NCBI GenBank assembly: GCA_964016885.1
Contig: OZ024742.1
Location: 50,654,001-50,718,000, forward strand
Direction of reading: 5' to 3'
Length of the DNA: 64,000 nt
From: Eledone cirrhosa
Taxonomy: Eukaryota
Shown here: positions 12,299 through 25,214 of the stretch, piece by piece
Numbering within the stretch: the stretch's first letter is position 1
Layout: every line of letters begins with the position of its first letter
Program-made: the position numbers and the translations under genes
The notes under the pieces: generated by a model
What the model was told of the DNA's origin: nothing
Databases searched by the model: none
The model's input: only the letters and a program-made list of their open reading frames with translations

Positions 12299-13329
12299 TA
12301 TATATATGTGGGGGCGGGGCTATATGTGTGTGTGTGTGTCCGCATGTATGTGGATGTATACATACATAAATAAGTATACATTATATATGTAAATAGAATT
12401 ATGCACTTCATGAAGGTCTCATAAACTAATTCCGAATTCCATTTAATATTTATTACAAACAGAGACAATATATTTCGAATTCCTACCCATGTTCTCATTC
12501 TAAATGAACTGAATCCTTTGCGATTACCGATGTTTTGTTACCAGTTTTCAGGATATTGGAAACAATACAAACGCGAGTTGGGTGATAAATGATAATGTGG
12601 TGACTCAGGATAAAAAAATACCGTGTCAAGTATAGGGTAACTGAAGAAAATATGAGAAATGTTTGCAGGGTATATTTACTGTGATAGGATTTAATCATGT
12701 GATGAATACATTTATGCGTGCAGATGTCGCGGTTGAATATATCTCTGATAATTATTTTGACAACCCCCATCATATTTATAATCAATAATTAAAATGTTTA
12801 AATAATTATTCAAATAATGAGTGGATGCAGTAAATTTGCACACTGATGATACAAACGAATAGGGGCAAAATAGTATGCATTTTTCAATTAAAACATCATC
12901 GGAAATATAAATTGAACATATACATTAATCTAGTAGGATTACATCTTGTGGGATTTCAAAAATGAATTGATCGTACTACGAAGATTGGACATTGCTACCG
13001 AAAGTAGAAATCAACTTCACTATATTCGGTATATCATTTCCTGTTGAGAACAAAGTGTATGAGAAATAATTGGATCGAAAGGGGAAATAACAAAAATAAA
13101 AATGAATTGCAACGGAGTGAAATCTGATAAGGAGTTGAAATTGTGTGAATTGAAAAGAGCACAGTTGTTACGAACATGAAGAAAATAAAATCATAGCCGA
13201 GACTGATGGTGACAAGGTATATATATAAGTATTCTAAAGGATGAGTTTGATAACTGAGCTGATGAAAATTGTATATTGTTAATGACTCCCAGCAACTTGC
13301 CCAGTCTGTCTGTCCAGTAACCATCGCCG

Positions 13330-14280
13330 CTCTATGAACGGCAGGGATTAGCCTTTGAAAGTGCCGAGCTGCAAGCCACCGACTTTTCCGGGGTGAGATT
13401 TTCTCCCGTCAACGATTCATGGTCCTCTAAGACACTGCCTACCACCTGCTGGGTATTTCTGCTATCCAGCCCTTGAATACGCAACCGAAGCGAGCTTGCT
13501 TTCAGGACGCCCCCAAGCCACCCACATTTGTACATCCTACTCTTAGAATAGACATGCTGGCCGGAAAGAAAGAGACAAGGAAACGGAGGGCTGCTACGTG
13601 TTTCAGATAGCACTCATTGACGTTGTTTGTATTTTTCTAAGGCCATTCTTACCGTTAAAGGATTCTGGGAGTGTTTAATATTACTTGTCCTGAAAATCTT
13701 GCCCTCTTGCTATATTTACTTACTTCGTGTTTTAAGGCCATAAGTTCTTTGTTGGCCATTTTACTTACATAGAGATGTTTCGCACGATCTTCTGGGTTGT
13801 GGTGTTCTTTGTTGTTGTTGGTGGTGGTGGATCATTCGCTGTTCTTGATAACGGAGTGGGTGCTGCTGCTGTACTTGCTCGCTGTGGATGTTGAGGCCCT
13901 TGCTTTAGAAACAACGGCGCTCTGCGTCTCCCAGTAGTTGACGATAGAAGGCTTGTAAGTGAGGCATTCACTGCAGATATAATCATGTGGCCACATGCCC
14001 TTGGTAACCTCTAGGATATCTAAATTGATGTTTTTGTTATTGTAGTCGTCATTGCCGTTTCCTTTGCAGATTTTGTTATTACTGCCACTGCTGCTGCTGT
14101 TGTTTAGACTTTTACAAGTGAGCGACACTGTTTTGTTGTGGTTGTTATCTCTCGATATACTTTTACAAACAAGCGATTCTATTTTGTCGTTGTTACTACC
14201 GCTATTGTTGTTGATATTTTTGATATCCTTATTATCCTTGTTGATGTTCTTATGGCTGTTGTCCGTGTCGTTGCTGTTCA
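13330..14280 (-). mobile_element. L1/Tx1-like LINE fragment: low-complexity ORF1 end and start of ORF2 AP-endonuclease
   Basis: Minus strand MSILRVGCTNVGGL (about 13555-13515) resembles the APE N-terminal xNVxGL motif and follows an Asn/Ser/Thr-rich frame. Confidence 0.5.
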
Positions 14281-14689
14281 TAATGATACTAATGATACTA
14301 ATGATGATACTAATGATACTAATGATACTAATGATACTAATGATAATAATAAACTATTTAATGGTTACTAGAGCCAAACCAGAAAATTCAATACAAATAT
14401 AACAGGATACTAAGAACAATTAACGAAAGATTTCGCCGAAAAAAAGGAGCACCATGGATAGGCGATCTATGTATCTCGCGGATAGGAAAACAACCCGATC
14501 ATCATAGGCTCAACAGGTAATTTCGGTGAGTGCATGACGGAAGAAAACTGTGCTTCTGTTAGTCTTTGATCACGTCCACCACACAATCTTTTTCACCATA
14601 GCTATCAGACAGTGGAATACCTGGTGCCCTTTCTGGCCAAATGGAGCCACCGTCGGAACGATGTTGACCTTAGATTCGACCCATATCTA

Positions 14690-17086
14690 GGTCTCTGCTA
14701 TATATGACACATGTTAGTCAGAACCATATGTTTGATAACAACCATAAGATGTTATTTGAACATCTTGAAGCGAAGGAAAGAGTTAAGTATGTGATCCCTG
14801 AAGCTGAACAGAATAAGGCATTTTGGAGAGGAATGTTGAAAAATGATAATCAAGCAGTGTCGATTGAGACAGTTAAAAAGGATATTAGTGAACAAGCACA
14901 CCAACAACCTGATTTGAATATCACAGTTGAAACTCTTATAAAGCAGATCAATAAACTAACGAACTGGAAATCGCCATGCCCAGACGGTGTGCAAGGATAT
15001 TGGATAAAGAATATAACATTCCTCCACCCAAAACTGACAGCCATGTTCAACGATTAATTATTGTCGGGTGTAGTACCAGAGTTGTTGACAAAAGGTCCCA
15101 CAGTTCTGGCAATGAAAGACCGAATCAAAAGTAATGAGGTTACCAACTATAGGTATATCAGTCTGTCCGTAATGTAGAAACTGCTAACAAGCATTGTGTC
15201 TGAAGAAATCTATTATCATCTCCACATAAACAACGTCATGCCGGACGAACAGAAAGGATGCTGAAAAAGGTCCCGTGGTACAACATACCAATTACTTATT
15301 GATAAGATGGTAATAAGGAATTGCAAGAGGAGGTATACTGGTTGGGCCTTGAGATGGATATATTACAAAAAATCATTCGACATGGTTCCTCATTCTTGGA
15401 TAACCAAAAGCCTAGATATTTGCAAGTTGTAAAATAATATCAGACAGCTATGAAGTAAAAGTATGAAGTCCTAGGGAACAAATCTAACATCAGGTATAGA
15501 ATCCTTGGGAGGCGTGAAGATGAAGATGAAGAAATGTATCTCCCATAGAGATAGTTTTCCCCTTAGTTGTTTGTACTTACCCCAATACCCTCGTCCCTCA
15601 TATTGTGAAAAGTGAAAGCAGAATACAAGCTGGGAAGCAGAGAGCTTACCATTAATGGTCTCCTTTTCATGGACGAAACTCTTTGAGAAAAGTGAGAAGA
15701 AGTTGGATGTACTTGTTAACACTGTCCGTATTTTGAGCAATGATATATGTATGGAATTTGGTATTAATAAGGGTGGTGTCCTAGCGATGAAGATGGTTAA
15801 ATTGAAGAGAAGCAATGTAATCCAGGTACCAACAGGTGAGATAATAAGTCGACACTGAAGAGGGACACAAACATTTTGGTTTTTCTGGAGGCAGGTGACA
15901 TCAAGAACAATAAAATGAAGGAATTGATTAGATATGTATACATATGGATAGCAAGGGAGATATTAAAATCACATCTAAACAGTAGAAGTGTCATAAGTGC
16001 AGTAAATTCTCGAGCTGTGTCTATTATTAGATAGTGTGCGGGAATTCTGAAATGGAATGTTACTGAACAAATAGAAATGGATAGAAAGACTAGGAAGCTA
16101 TTGACTACCTACAGAGTGTTCCACAAGAGGAGTGATGTTGATAGACTGTACTTAAAGAGATCTGAATACGGAAGAGGTCTTATCAGCATTGGGGACTGTG
16201 TTAAGATGGAGAAAACCAGTCTGCACACATATGTGTCTGAGAGTAGGGAGCCAATGCTCCAAATAGTACTGAACGAGAAGACAATAGACCAGGGAATGTC
16301 CATGGAGGAAATAACAGCAAGGAGGAAGAACAACCTTCATGAATAATCCCTTCATAGCACCTTCTTTAAGGAAACGGAATTCACAGATCCACAGACATGG
16401 AGCTGGTCCTCAAAACGAAGTGGGTGTAACACCATATTGACAAGGAGGAAGCTAGCCCAAATTGTAGGATCTATGAAGATAGAGATGGGGGAGGGGAGAC
16501 TGTGACTCATATCGTATCCGAGTGTAAACACCTAACCCAGACTCACTATAAAGGTTGGAGTCATGATAAAATAAGAAAGTTTGCATTTATGGAAACTAAA
16601 TAATTTACCACATTCTGAGAAGTGGTATGAGCATAAGCCAGTGTCTGTGATAGAAAATGATCAGGTGAAGATGCTATGGGATTTTAGGATACAGACAGAC
16701 AAGGGATTAGAACACAATACGCCTGACCTGGTGGTTTTTGACAAGGAAAATATATCGTACCTGGTTGTAGATGTAGCCTGCTCCTTTGGCAGAAGGGTGC
16801 AAGAAAAGGAGAAGGAGAAAATTAACCGATACCAGGATTTAAAGTGGGAATCAAAAAGCATTTGGGGCAGTCATGAGATCAAGGTCGTCCCGATTGTCAT
16901 CGCAGTACTATATACTATCTCAAAGAACATTAGTCCAGCACCCGTTTTGGGAATACTTCAAAAGGCATGCTTGTTGGGAATAGCAAGAACCCACTGATAC
17001 GTCCTGGATATCTGACGCTGCAGGTAGCGGGTTGATGTTCATTTGAACACACTTTCCAGTTAAATAACACCAATGACTGAGACTCC
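14690..17086 (+). mobile_element. R4/Dong-clade non-LTR retrotransposon (RT plus restriction-like endonuclease), 5'-truncated and decayed
   Basis: NWKSPCPDGVQGYWIK, EQKGC, MDRKTRKLLT..HKRSDVDRLYLKRSEYGRGL, ETVTHIVSEC, WDFRIQTD..NTPDLVV..DVAC..EKEKINRYQDL. The 3' end runs into (TAA)n. Confidence 0.85.
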
Positions 17087-17126
<40 letters not shown>

Positions 17127-17272
17127 GCAACAGCAACATCAACGACTACAACAACTACAACAACAACAAAAAACAACAACAAACCAACAACAACAACAAC
17201 AGCAACAATGATAATAATAATAATAATATTAATAATAACAATAATAATAATAATAATAATAACTGCTACTAT
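17087..17272. repeat. (TAA)n/(CAA)n compound microsatellite
   Basis: Seen directly. Adjoins the 3' end of the R4/Dong element. Confidence 0.95.
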
Positions 17273-17983
17273 TAGAAACATCTAAAATCAAATGCAAAAC
17301 GAATGCACAATTGGAATATCGATTGAAGTGGGGGATTATAATTAGATAACGTATGGATATTTCAAAGCTAAATGTCGATTTGTATGTTATCTTCCAGCAC
17401 GGTTGTGTTTAAATATTCTCTTTGTATATATATTTCAAAGCCTGAGAGAATGATGTTGACGAACGCAAAGCAAACTGAATTACCAAAGGGTTTTACAAGG
17501 TAATGAAATTAAATTTGAATGAAAATGAAAATAATAATAAAATTGAGATGAACATAAAAATGCGATTTTAAATGAACATAACTGAATAAAATATATGTTT
17601 ATATACAAATATATAAATTATTTGGATGCCTTATCAAGGCGTCAGTAAAGCGGTATAAATTGTAGGGAATTCCCAGGAATATAAACGATACACACTTTAT
17701 TCAATTATGCGCCAATGGTATTTTGGTATTACTACATACTGCCGATTACGTTTAATATGTTATTGCATGTACTTCCGAATCAACTACTACTGTAGTTAAT
17801 ATGGCTAATAAAAAATCAAAAAAGAAATCGGAAAGCATGTTATTATGGTATATTTTCAAGGTGTTTAAACTTTCAGTTCAAATTTCGTGGAAAACAACTT
17901 TAAAATTAATCCTTCCAGTTTGATCAAATAAACCACCATTCAGTTACTAGGGTTGATATAATTATATTTCCTCAAATTTGGTT

Positions 17984-18148
17984 GTGGATTGGCAGTATCG
18001 GTAGAGGGTCGGACGCCATGCTTTCCAGCATAGTTACGTCCCTTTACGATCTGAGTTAAAATCCCGCCGAGTTTGACTTTGCCTAAAAAAAAAGTACCAG
18101 TAATGTACTGGGTATTTGCTGGCCTTGTGCCTAAAGTAGAAACAATTA
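17984..18148 (+). mobile_element. tRNA-derived SINE with internal deletion
   Basis: GTGGATTGGCAGTATCGG...GAGTTAAAATCCC...GGCCTTGTGCCTAAAGTAGAAACAATTA. Confidence 0.85.
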
Positions 18149-18265
18149 TGATATATATGTGTAGCTGTAAATAAATATATGTATGGTTTTTTTTTAATAA
18201 TATCTCACCCAGACATACCAAACAACAAACACATGTTTATATATGATTTTATATATATATATATA

Positions 18266-18440
18266 TTGTTATATTTGGGCAGGGTCATATTGTTATAATG
18301 TTGTCAGAAATGACAGAAAGATACACTCATTATTTGGTTTGGATTGGTTTTAACTTCTGTATATTTCATATCTCTATAATTTATTTACCTGGCTATACAT
18401 GTTTATCATTGATTGACCAATGGTCAAAAACATAGATATA
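18266..18440 (-). mobile_element. PLE pLTR/leader fragment (family B, related to PLE-1)
   Basis: Similar to 33180-33360 and to the reverse complement of 62130-62280. Confidence 0.65.
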
Positions 18441-18483
18441 AATATATATATATTTATATATATTTATTAAAATAACAGATTAA

Positions 18484-18534
18484 AGTTTAAGCAAAGAATC
18501 GCTGCTTTCACCCTTAACGGGATCTTCTGAAACT
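18484..18534 (-). ncRNA. Type I hammerhead-like motif with U4A core (CAGAAGA)
   Basis: Minus strand AGTTT-CAGAAGA-TCCC GTTAA GGGT-GAAA-GCA GCGATTCTT TGC-TT-AAACT. Homologues at 26526-26576 and 35570-35619. Confidence 0.65.
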
Positions 18535-19499
18535 AACAAAGTCAATCTGTAAATGCAGAACTGGATATTTCAAAAAACGTTGCAGCCGGAGGAAGACAGG
18601 ATGACGATACTTTGGTTCGGGGAAACGTTCGCTGGCAAAGAACGGGAAAAAACGAATAAACGTCGTTAATAGGAGCGGTGAAAAACAATTACGCGCAAAG
18701 ACAGAACCACGTTTATGGTATAAAAGAGGTCGTAGACTAATGTTATCTTAGGTGGTGCATAGAGACGTTCTCTGGCAATGAAGGAAAAAACGAAGATAAT
18801 ACGTCATATGTGGAGCGTGGAGAACAATAGCGCGCAAAGACAAAACGACGTAAATAGTATAGCAGAAGTCGTAGACTAAAATTCTAACTAGGAGACCAAA
18901 TGAATCTCCGCTACAGAGTTAAGAACAAAGTAAATAAATACAATACAGAAGTAATAGAAAGAAAGAAATATATACACGCAAACAAATACGTACATACACA
19001 AGCATACGCAAAACCTTACCATAGGTATACAAAACCACGCACATATAAATACGTGTGTGTGTGTATGCGTGTATACAAATAAAGATATAAACGTATATAA
19101 CTAAATAAATACGTATATAACAAGCGCACACACATACGTACATATACACGAAAGTTCGGAGACGTAAGTCAACTAAAACAAGGAGTACACATATACACAC
19201 ACCCACCATACGTACGAACCAGCAAACTCACACAGACGCAAAACTCCCGTATACACATAGCCAAGGCCTATGTACCAGTATATATAAAATTATACGCCAT
19301 AACAATCAAATATACGTACGAGAAGGTATACGTAACTTCACAAAACATACGGGTAATATATACATACCTATGCAAATAAGTAAAGGAATAAACAAAACAT
19401 ATACTTAGCTCCCACATCAAGACGTAAAATATCCACGTATAGATCGTACTATCCGTTAGGGTATAACGTGGGGCTGTAATACGGGAAAGTTTTGTGCAA

Positions 19500-21280
19500 T
19501 TTATGTTTACAAGCCGAAATTGCCTCAGATTTTTTGTTTAAGATATGGTCTGTGGCGTAGATTATTTCCAGGGCCTCAGCAGCGCAGAGGTCACATAGTT
19601 TTTATTTCCGTTATACGATCTAGCCCTAGCTAGGATCTCCCAGTGTAACTTTTTTTGGGTGTGTTTGTCTTTTAGACTCCAGATATAAGTTGAAAGTGAC
19701 GTCATATTCCTTTTTAGAGGGTAACGGAAAGAATGGGTATGCATGTAGAGACGCTGCTTGAAACTATTGGCGGTTAACCCTATGTAGGCCCTACGGGACG
19801 TGGGTGTTACAACCTTACATTTGTAGACAATGTTACTAGAGAGGCATTTCCCGGATAGGGGGCAAACAGCCCGATTCCTACAATTACAGTTAGTACTAAC
19901 TACAGGGTTGCATGTGTTTCTACGGCTAGGTAGTTTAGCTAAATTTGAAGCTGTGATGTTATGTGCAAGGTTATGAGTCGTAGAGTAAGACATTTTAATA
20001 GTATTTCTATTAAAAATGTTACTATATTTACGTGTAGGGGGAAAATGCTCCGTAATAATGAAAAGAAAGATCTTAGCTAATGGCGTGGCCACCTCCATAT
20101 TATATGGTGGGTTATACCAACAAATGCGACTGGATCTATTTCGTCTAGGTCTATTTTCGTACTCTGTATATGCTACCTTATCGACAAATCCACTTCGAGC
20201 AAGAGCTTCATTGTAATAAGTGGAATGGTCGTTGAAAATACGCTCGTTGGTGGAAAGACGGGAAAGCCTCAACGAAACGTTTCTTACCAGGTTTTTGGTT
20301 ATGCTGGCAGGATGGTTGGAATGCTTACTTATGTAATTAAGCGTATCATTCGGCTTTCTATACGGGTAATACAACCCATTCAATAAATTGAGGGTAACGT
20401 CGAGGTAATTAACGACCGAGAGATTGGCCTCAACCTGTATAGAGAGGTTGAAGCCTTTAAAGAAGGCTGTGAGTTCTTTTCTGAACCTGTCGCAAGCACG
20501 AGGTCCGCACTTCGTCATGGTCAAAATGACATCGTCACGGTACAAACCACCGCCCGTTTGGGGAATTCGTTCTTGATAGAGAAAAGAAGGAAAAGGCCAA
20601 TAAGATCAGTAACCTCCGCAGAGTCACTGGCGCCCATACTCACGTCGAATAGGGTACTATTGGATTTTTTTATCCAAATAGAGTCGTCGAAATTAATCAC
20701 CGACTTTCGGGCATTCAGGATGACATCAACTTCGAAATCCTTAACCACTGTGAGTGTTTTAGCGAAATTGATAGCTCTAAGGAGAAGTGGTAGAGTGATG
20801 GAGGAGTAGTAATTGTTGATGTCGAATTGGATGAAACAGCAATGTTCCTTGTTACATATGCCGTTGAACCAATCAATCACCGCGAAAGAATTGTTCCACA
20901 GTGCAAGAAGGGCCAGACTTCTAATTTCAGGTGTAATTCTATCAAGAATCGTTTTACTAAGACTACCTAAATCGGACTTCGTAGGGTTAATAAGCCGAAT
21001 AGAGGGGTTGTTCGGAAAATTGGATTTGTGATCCTTCAGGGTAAAGTGGGGAGAAATAGGGTCCAGAGGTTCGATCCGGTCCAGGATGTTGACATCAGAT
21101 GTGATTTTAAAACCAGCATCGTTGATTTCATTGATGACACACCGATTAGTTTTACGATAATCCTTAGTTACAGCATTATGTAGTAGTTGATGGTAATTAC
21201 TGCGCTCCACTTGATATAGGTTGCCCATTTTGTCGGAATGGACGTGCACGGCGTTAGAATCCTTAATAGAACGAATTCTA
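19500..21280 (-). pseudogene. PLE RT plus Zn-finger linker plus GIY-YIG endonuclease, two frameshifts
   Basis: SDKMGNLY, TLKDHK, IRLINP, QFDINNYYSSI, FDVSMGASDSAE, YRDD, NYLDVTL, SNHP, WYNPPY, CNCR..CPLSGKC, IVYKC..AYIGLT..FKQR. Confidence 0.9.
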
Positions 21281-21362
21281 TGGTTCTTATATATTTGATA
21301 TATATTTATCCTTATCGAGCCCTCTTTGGATTTTAGTCTTCAAATTTATTATAATTACTATA

Positions 21363-21399
<37 letters not shown>

Positions 21400-21454
21400 A
21401 AAGTTCTTTCATCACTCGTCTGTAAGTGGTATTATTTATTTATATATATATGTG

Positions 21455-22238
21455 CTAACAGAGAACGGAGCCGGTTCGAGATAAACTCTACGGCCACGGA
21501 AGTGCATTCAGCTGAGACTGTACGGGATGTGTGCAGTGCGACGAAATCTTCATGCCCGCACTGCTAACTTGTGGGGCTATGTCGAACAGTATCTGTCACG
21601 TGTAGCATTGATCCGTTTATCGAGGGAGTCCATTGTTTCAGGTATCCCCACCATTTTCATTTAAGCAGGAGTAGGAAGGGCAAGCATATTTCATCTGCCT
21701 GGTTGCCATGGCGAAAGAAATTGTGTGGTGGTTAACGTTGAAAGGATTAAGGACGGACACGTTCCTCTCCACCGAATCCCTGAATAATCTTTTCAAGTTT
21801 AACTTTAAGAGGGAAATCAGGGTGCAGAGGCAAGTGCTGCCTTCCAGTAAGTTTGTTGAAAAGTGGGTGAAAGTGGCGAGTCTGGTCCGATTGAACGGGC
21901 CCGCTCTGAGTATGCGCCTATACACTTAGGAGTGGGAGAACTGAGAGAGGGCGCTTGCCCTAGTGATCAGGTTGACCGTGGTCGTTTGTGTGGTTTCCGC
22001 TAAGAGTGATTCTCGGAGGTTTCCCCCCTATTGGGAATTTTTGTTTGTTCGTATTTCTTTTATTTGTTTCTACACATTTATATTTCTTTTTTTCTTTTCT
22101 TGTTATAACGTTTTTTTACACGGCCAAAAATCACTTTGTATTTATATTTTATCGTCCTGTACGTTCTGTACCATCTGCAATATTTTTGTTCATGTTAGCC
22201 CTTGTGGACAATAAAGAAACCATTATTATTATTATCAT
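21455..22238 (+). mobile_element. L1/Tx1-like LINE 3' end (ORF2 C-terminus, 3' UTR, AATAAA and (ATT)n tail)
   Basis: PVRDKLYGHG...CLVAMAKEIVWW.LKGL...FVEKWVKVA. AATAAA at about 22210 followed by ATTATTATT. Homologous to 60245-60690. Confidence 0.7.
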
Positions 22239-22769
22239 CGTTGAAAGAGATTAAATCTCTAATCTGTCCAAGAGATTAATAGTTATTGAAAAGTTAGTAC
22301 TTCTTATCTTGTATTTTCCGTTTGTTTCATAGTTTATATTCGTCAAACAAACGTGGTCTTTCAGACATTGTAATTTTAAACACACAATTTACTGTGTTTA
22401 TTTCTACATATATTATAGAATGTTCAGTATTTATACTTTGAGCTTTAATATGAGTATATAACTCTGCCTTTTATTTGTATATATATATATATATATATAT
22501 ATAAAGAATTAATAGGCAGTGAATTTTCCACTGGCTTTGAATCTAGCCCCGCTCGCCTTTTTCGCTTTTTTCCATCCACTGAATTATTGTTATATAAGTT
22601 TCCAGTTTCCCCGCATTGCCTGGTAACTTAGCTGAGAATAGACTCCCTGATGACGTAAGACTTCTCTACAGGTATTGGATAACTGTATTTATCCCCTTAC
22701 AGAAACTAATTAGTTGGAGTGAAATTTTAGTAAGTAAGTCAATTTTCATAACTTTCTTATTTACGTCTT

Positions 22770-22853
<84 letters not shown>

Positions 22854-22954
22854 ATTGGTGCTCTGAAATAGCGATGTATACATGAATGTATGTGTAGTAT
22901 ATTTGGCAATATACCGTATGTTTAATTAAAAACATTTAGAAGACCATACGGAAC

Positions 22955-23450
22955 GTTCATTGAAAACTTTATTCGGACCAGGTTTGGTACATGATGACAG
23001 TCTTCGTCAGATTGATTATCAGTACCAAAGAATTGCACGCATTGGTAAAATAATCCATAAGGTGTTTCATGACATTCTGGGAGTGTGCAAAGAGGTCACA
23101 ATCATCTGCATACAGAAATCCTCTGATCAAGGTCTTCAGTACCTTATTGTTAGCAGTGAGAGGCCTGTGGTTGAACAGCTTGCTGGAGGTACGATATCTG
23201 AGATACCGTGTTGACAATTATTGAAGGCCATGAAGAATAACATTGCGAAATACCAGGCCAACAGAGTTGGTGCACGAATATCACCTTGCTGGACACCATT
23301 TTCAACCGAGATTGTCTCAGACAGTTTACGACCGAGGTTTACCCATGCCAGCATGTCAACATGGAAGAGCTTGAGTATGTTCACAAACTTTTTAGGACAA
23401 CCCAATCTCTCCAAAATAACCCACACAGCCTTCCGATTTAAAGATCGACA
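22955..23450 (-). mobile_element. RTE-clade LINE RT fragment
   Basis: LGCPKKFVNIL...NGVQQGDIRAPTL and FLYADDCDL. Confidence 0.85.
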
Positions 23451-23585
23451 AAAACTTGGTATAAGTCCACACACACACACACTCACACATACACACACGC
23501 ACACACACTCACACACACTCACGCACACGAACACACAAACACACACACGAACGCACACACACACACACACACACACATACACACA

Positions 23586-23655
<70 letters not shown>

Positions 23656-23714
23656 AATATACATACATATACGTGAGAGTGTGTGAATATAAATATATTT
23701 TTTTCGCCCACATG

Positions 23715-24270
23715 TCTCTGAGAGGGTCTTGGAGGCAGATTCCTCAAACACTCCTCCCATCGCGACCTGTCCGAATCAACAGTCTCCTAATAATCTGACT
23801 GGATCCCCTAGCGAGAACAGCCAAGTTCATGGATAATATCCAACCATCTTGCTCGGGTTCTACCCATTGAACTCCGGCCCTTAAAATTTGTTCAGTGATT
23901 CTTTCCGGTGACATACTATCGAGTAGATAGAACCCTCGGAAGAACTGATTTTCAGCTGCTTGTATACATGATCGTATTCTTGTGGCCATTTCCCAAAATT
24001 CATGAATATTGGTAAGTGTTGGCACGGATACCGAATTGAAAATAGTGAGTTTAGCTTTTACACCTATTTTCTATCGTCTGATTACCGAATTCTGAAGCTG
24101 ACGCACGACCTACTGCAATTCTTGCACTTAATTCAGCCTACTACCGGCCCCGAAATACTTGAACTCATTCATCTGTTTAGTAGCATTCCATTCACATGTA
24201 AAGTGCACTGCGCAGTCTTACTTGAGAGGACGAATTTATTTTTCCGGCCATGCAGACCTCGGCATCAAAC
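23715..24270 (-). mobile_element. Decayed RTE-like LINE C-terminal fragment
   Basis: NEFKYFG...KAKLTIFNSVSVPTLTNIHEFWEMATRIRSCIQAAENQFFRG resembles the post-RT region of RTE elements. Confidence 0.55.
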
Positions 24271-24298
24271 CTATCACGTGCATATATAGAGAGAAAGA

Positions 24299-24382
<84 letters not shown>

Positions 24383-24429
24383 TAAAGAGAGACAAAGGAG
24401 AGTGAGAGAGAGAAAGAGAGAGAGAGAGA

Positions 24430-24505
<76 letters not shown>

Positions 24506-25168
24506 ATGAGAGAGAAAGTCAAAGAATATGACTCAGTGATAGATATCGGGAGGGGGAGTCATAAATTACTATATATTATGAGAAGCTCAGACCAAAATAA
24601 ATAGCAAAATAAAATGAAATGGCAGCGATTCCTACCTGGTGATAGGTGAACTGCGAAAATGCATATCCGTCAGGTGGTAATATATATGAGAGGGAATATA
24701 TGCCTGCACCTCTTCTCTCTTAAAGTTCAGGGATATTTTGCACTCGGTCGATCGATATCTCGCCGCAACTCGCATCCTTTGGCTAATGCGAATCAAACCA
24801 GATCCCGACCAACTTAACCCGTCCGTTCGTCCACTACCCTATGTTGTAGGGTATGGATATGCCTCTCCATGTGCAAGGCTTCAACATACAACGGTTCTTT
24901 GTTAAATGTTGCTCTAAGAGTAAAGCACTAAAAGAAAGCAAAGCAAGCAAAGCTGAACGCTCTCAAGGAAAATGTACTTTAATACCTCTTGAAATCCATA
25001 TATGACAAAAAATTGAATAGTGGGAATTATTTATTAACAGATAGAATAAAGAGGACATAAATTGAAAAGATATAAACAATTCACATCGAATTGGCATGAA
25101 ATAGATAGTGTACACACACAAACATACATATATACATATGTACAATCATATACACACACACGCACACA

Positions 25169-25202
<34 letters not shown>

Positions 25203-25214
25203 AATATATATATA

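Larger units (their letters stand above)
18460..21280 (-). mobile_element. Penelope-like retroelement (PLE-2), 5'-truncated, with about 1-kb 3' region ending in an HHR and (TA)n
   Basis: RT-EN frames 20521-21249 and 19562-20545. HHR variant at 18484-18534. Confidence 0.9.

Noticed and set aside
14281-14345. (TAATGATAC)n 9-bp tandem array as CRISPR-like or coding repeat
   Set aside because: Simple minisatellite without spacers, in a eukaryotic context.
17984-18070. A-box and B-box sequence as a tRNA gene
   Set aside because: No cloverleaf. It is the head of a multi-copy SINE with a shared non-tRNA body.
22626-22680. CTGATGA at about 22647 as a hammerhead
   Set aside because: No matching stem II plus GAAA downstream.
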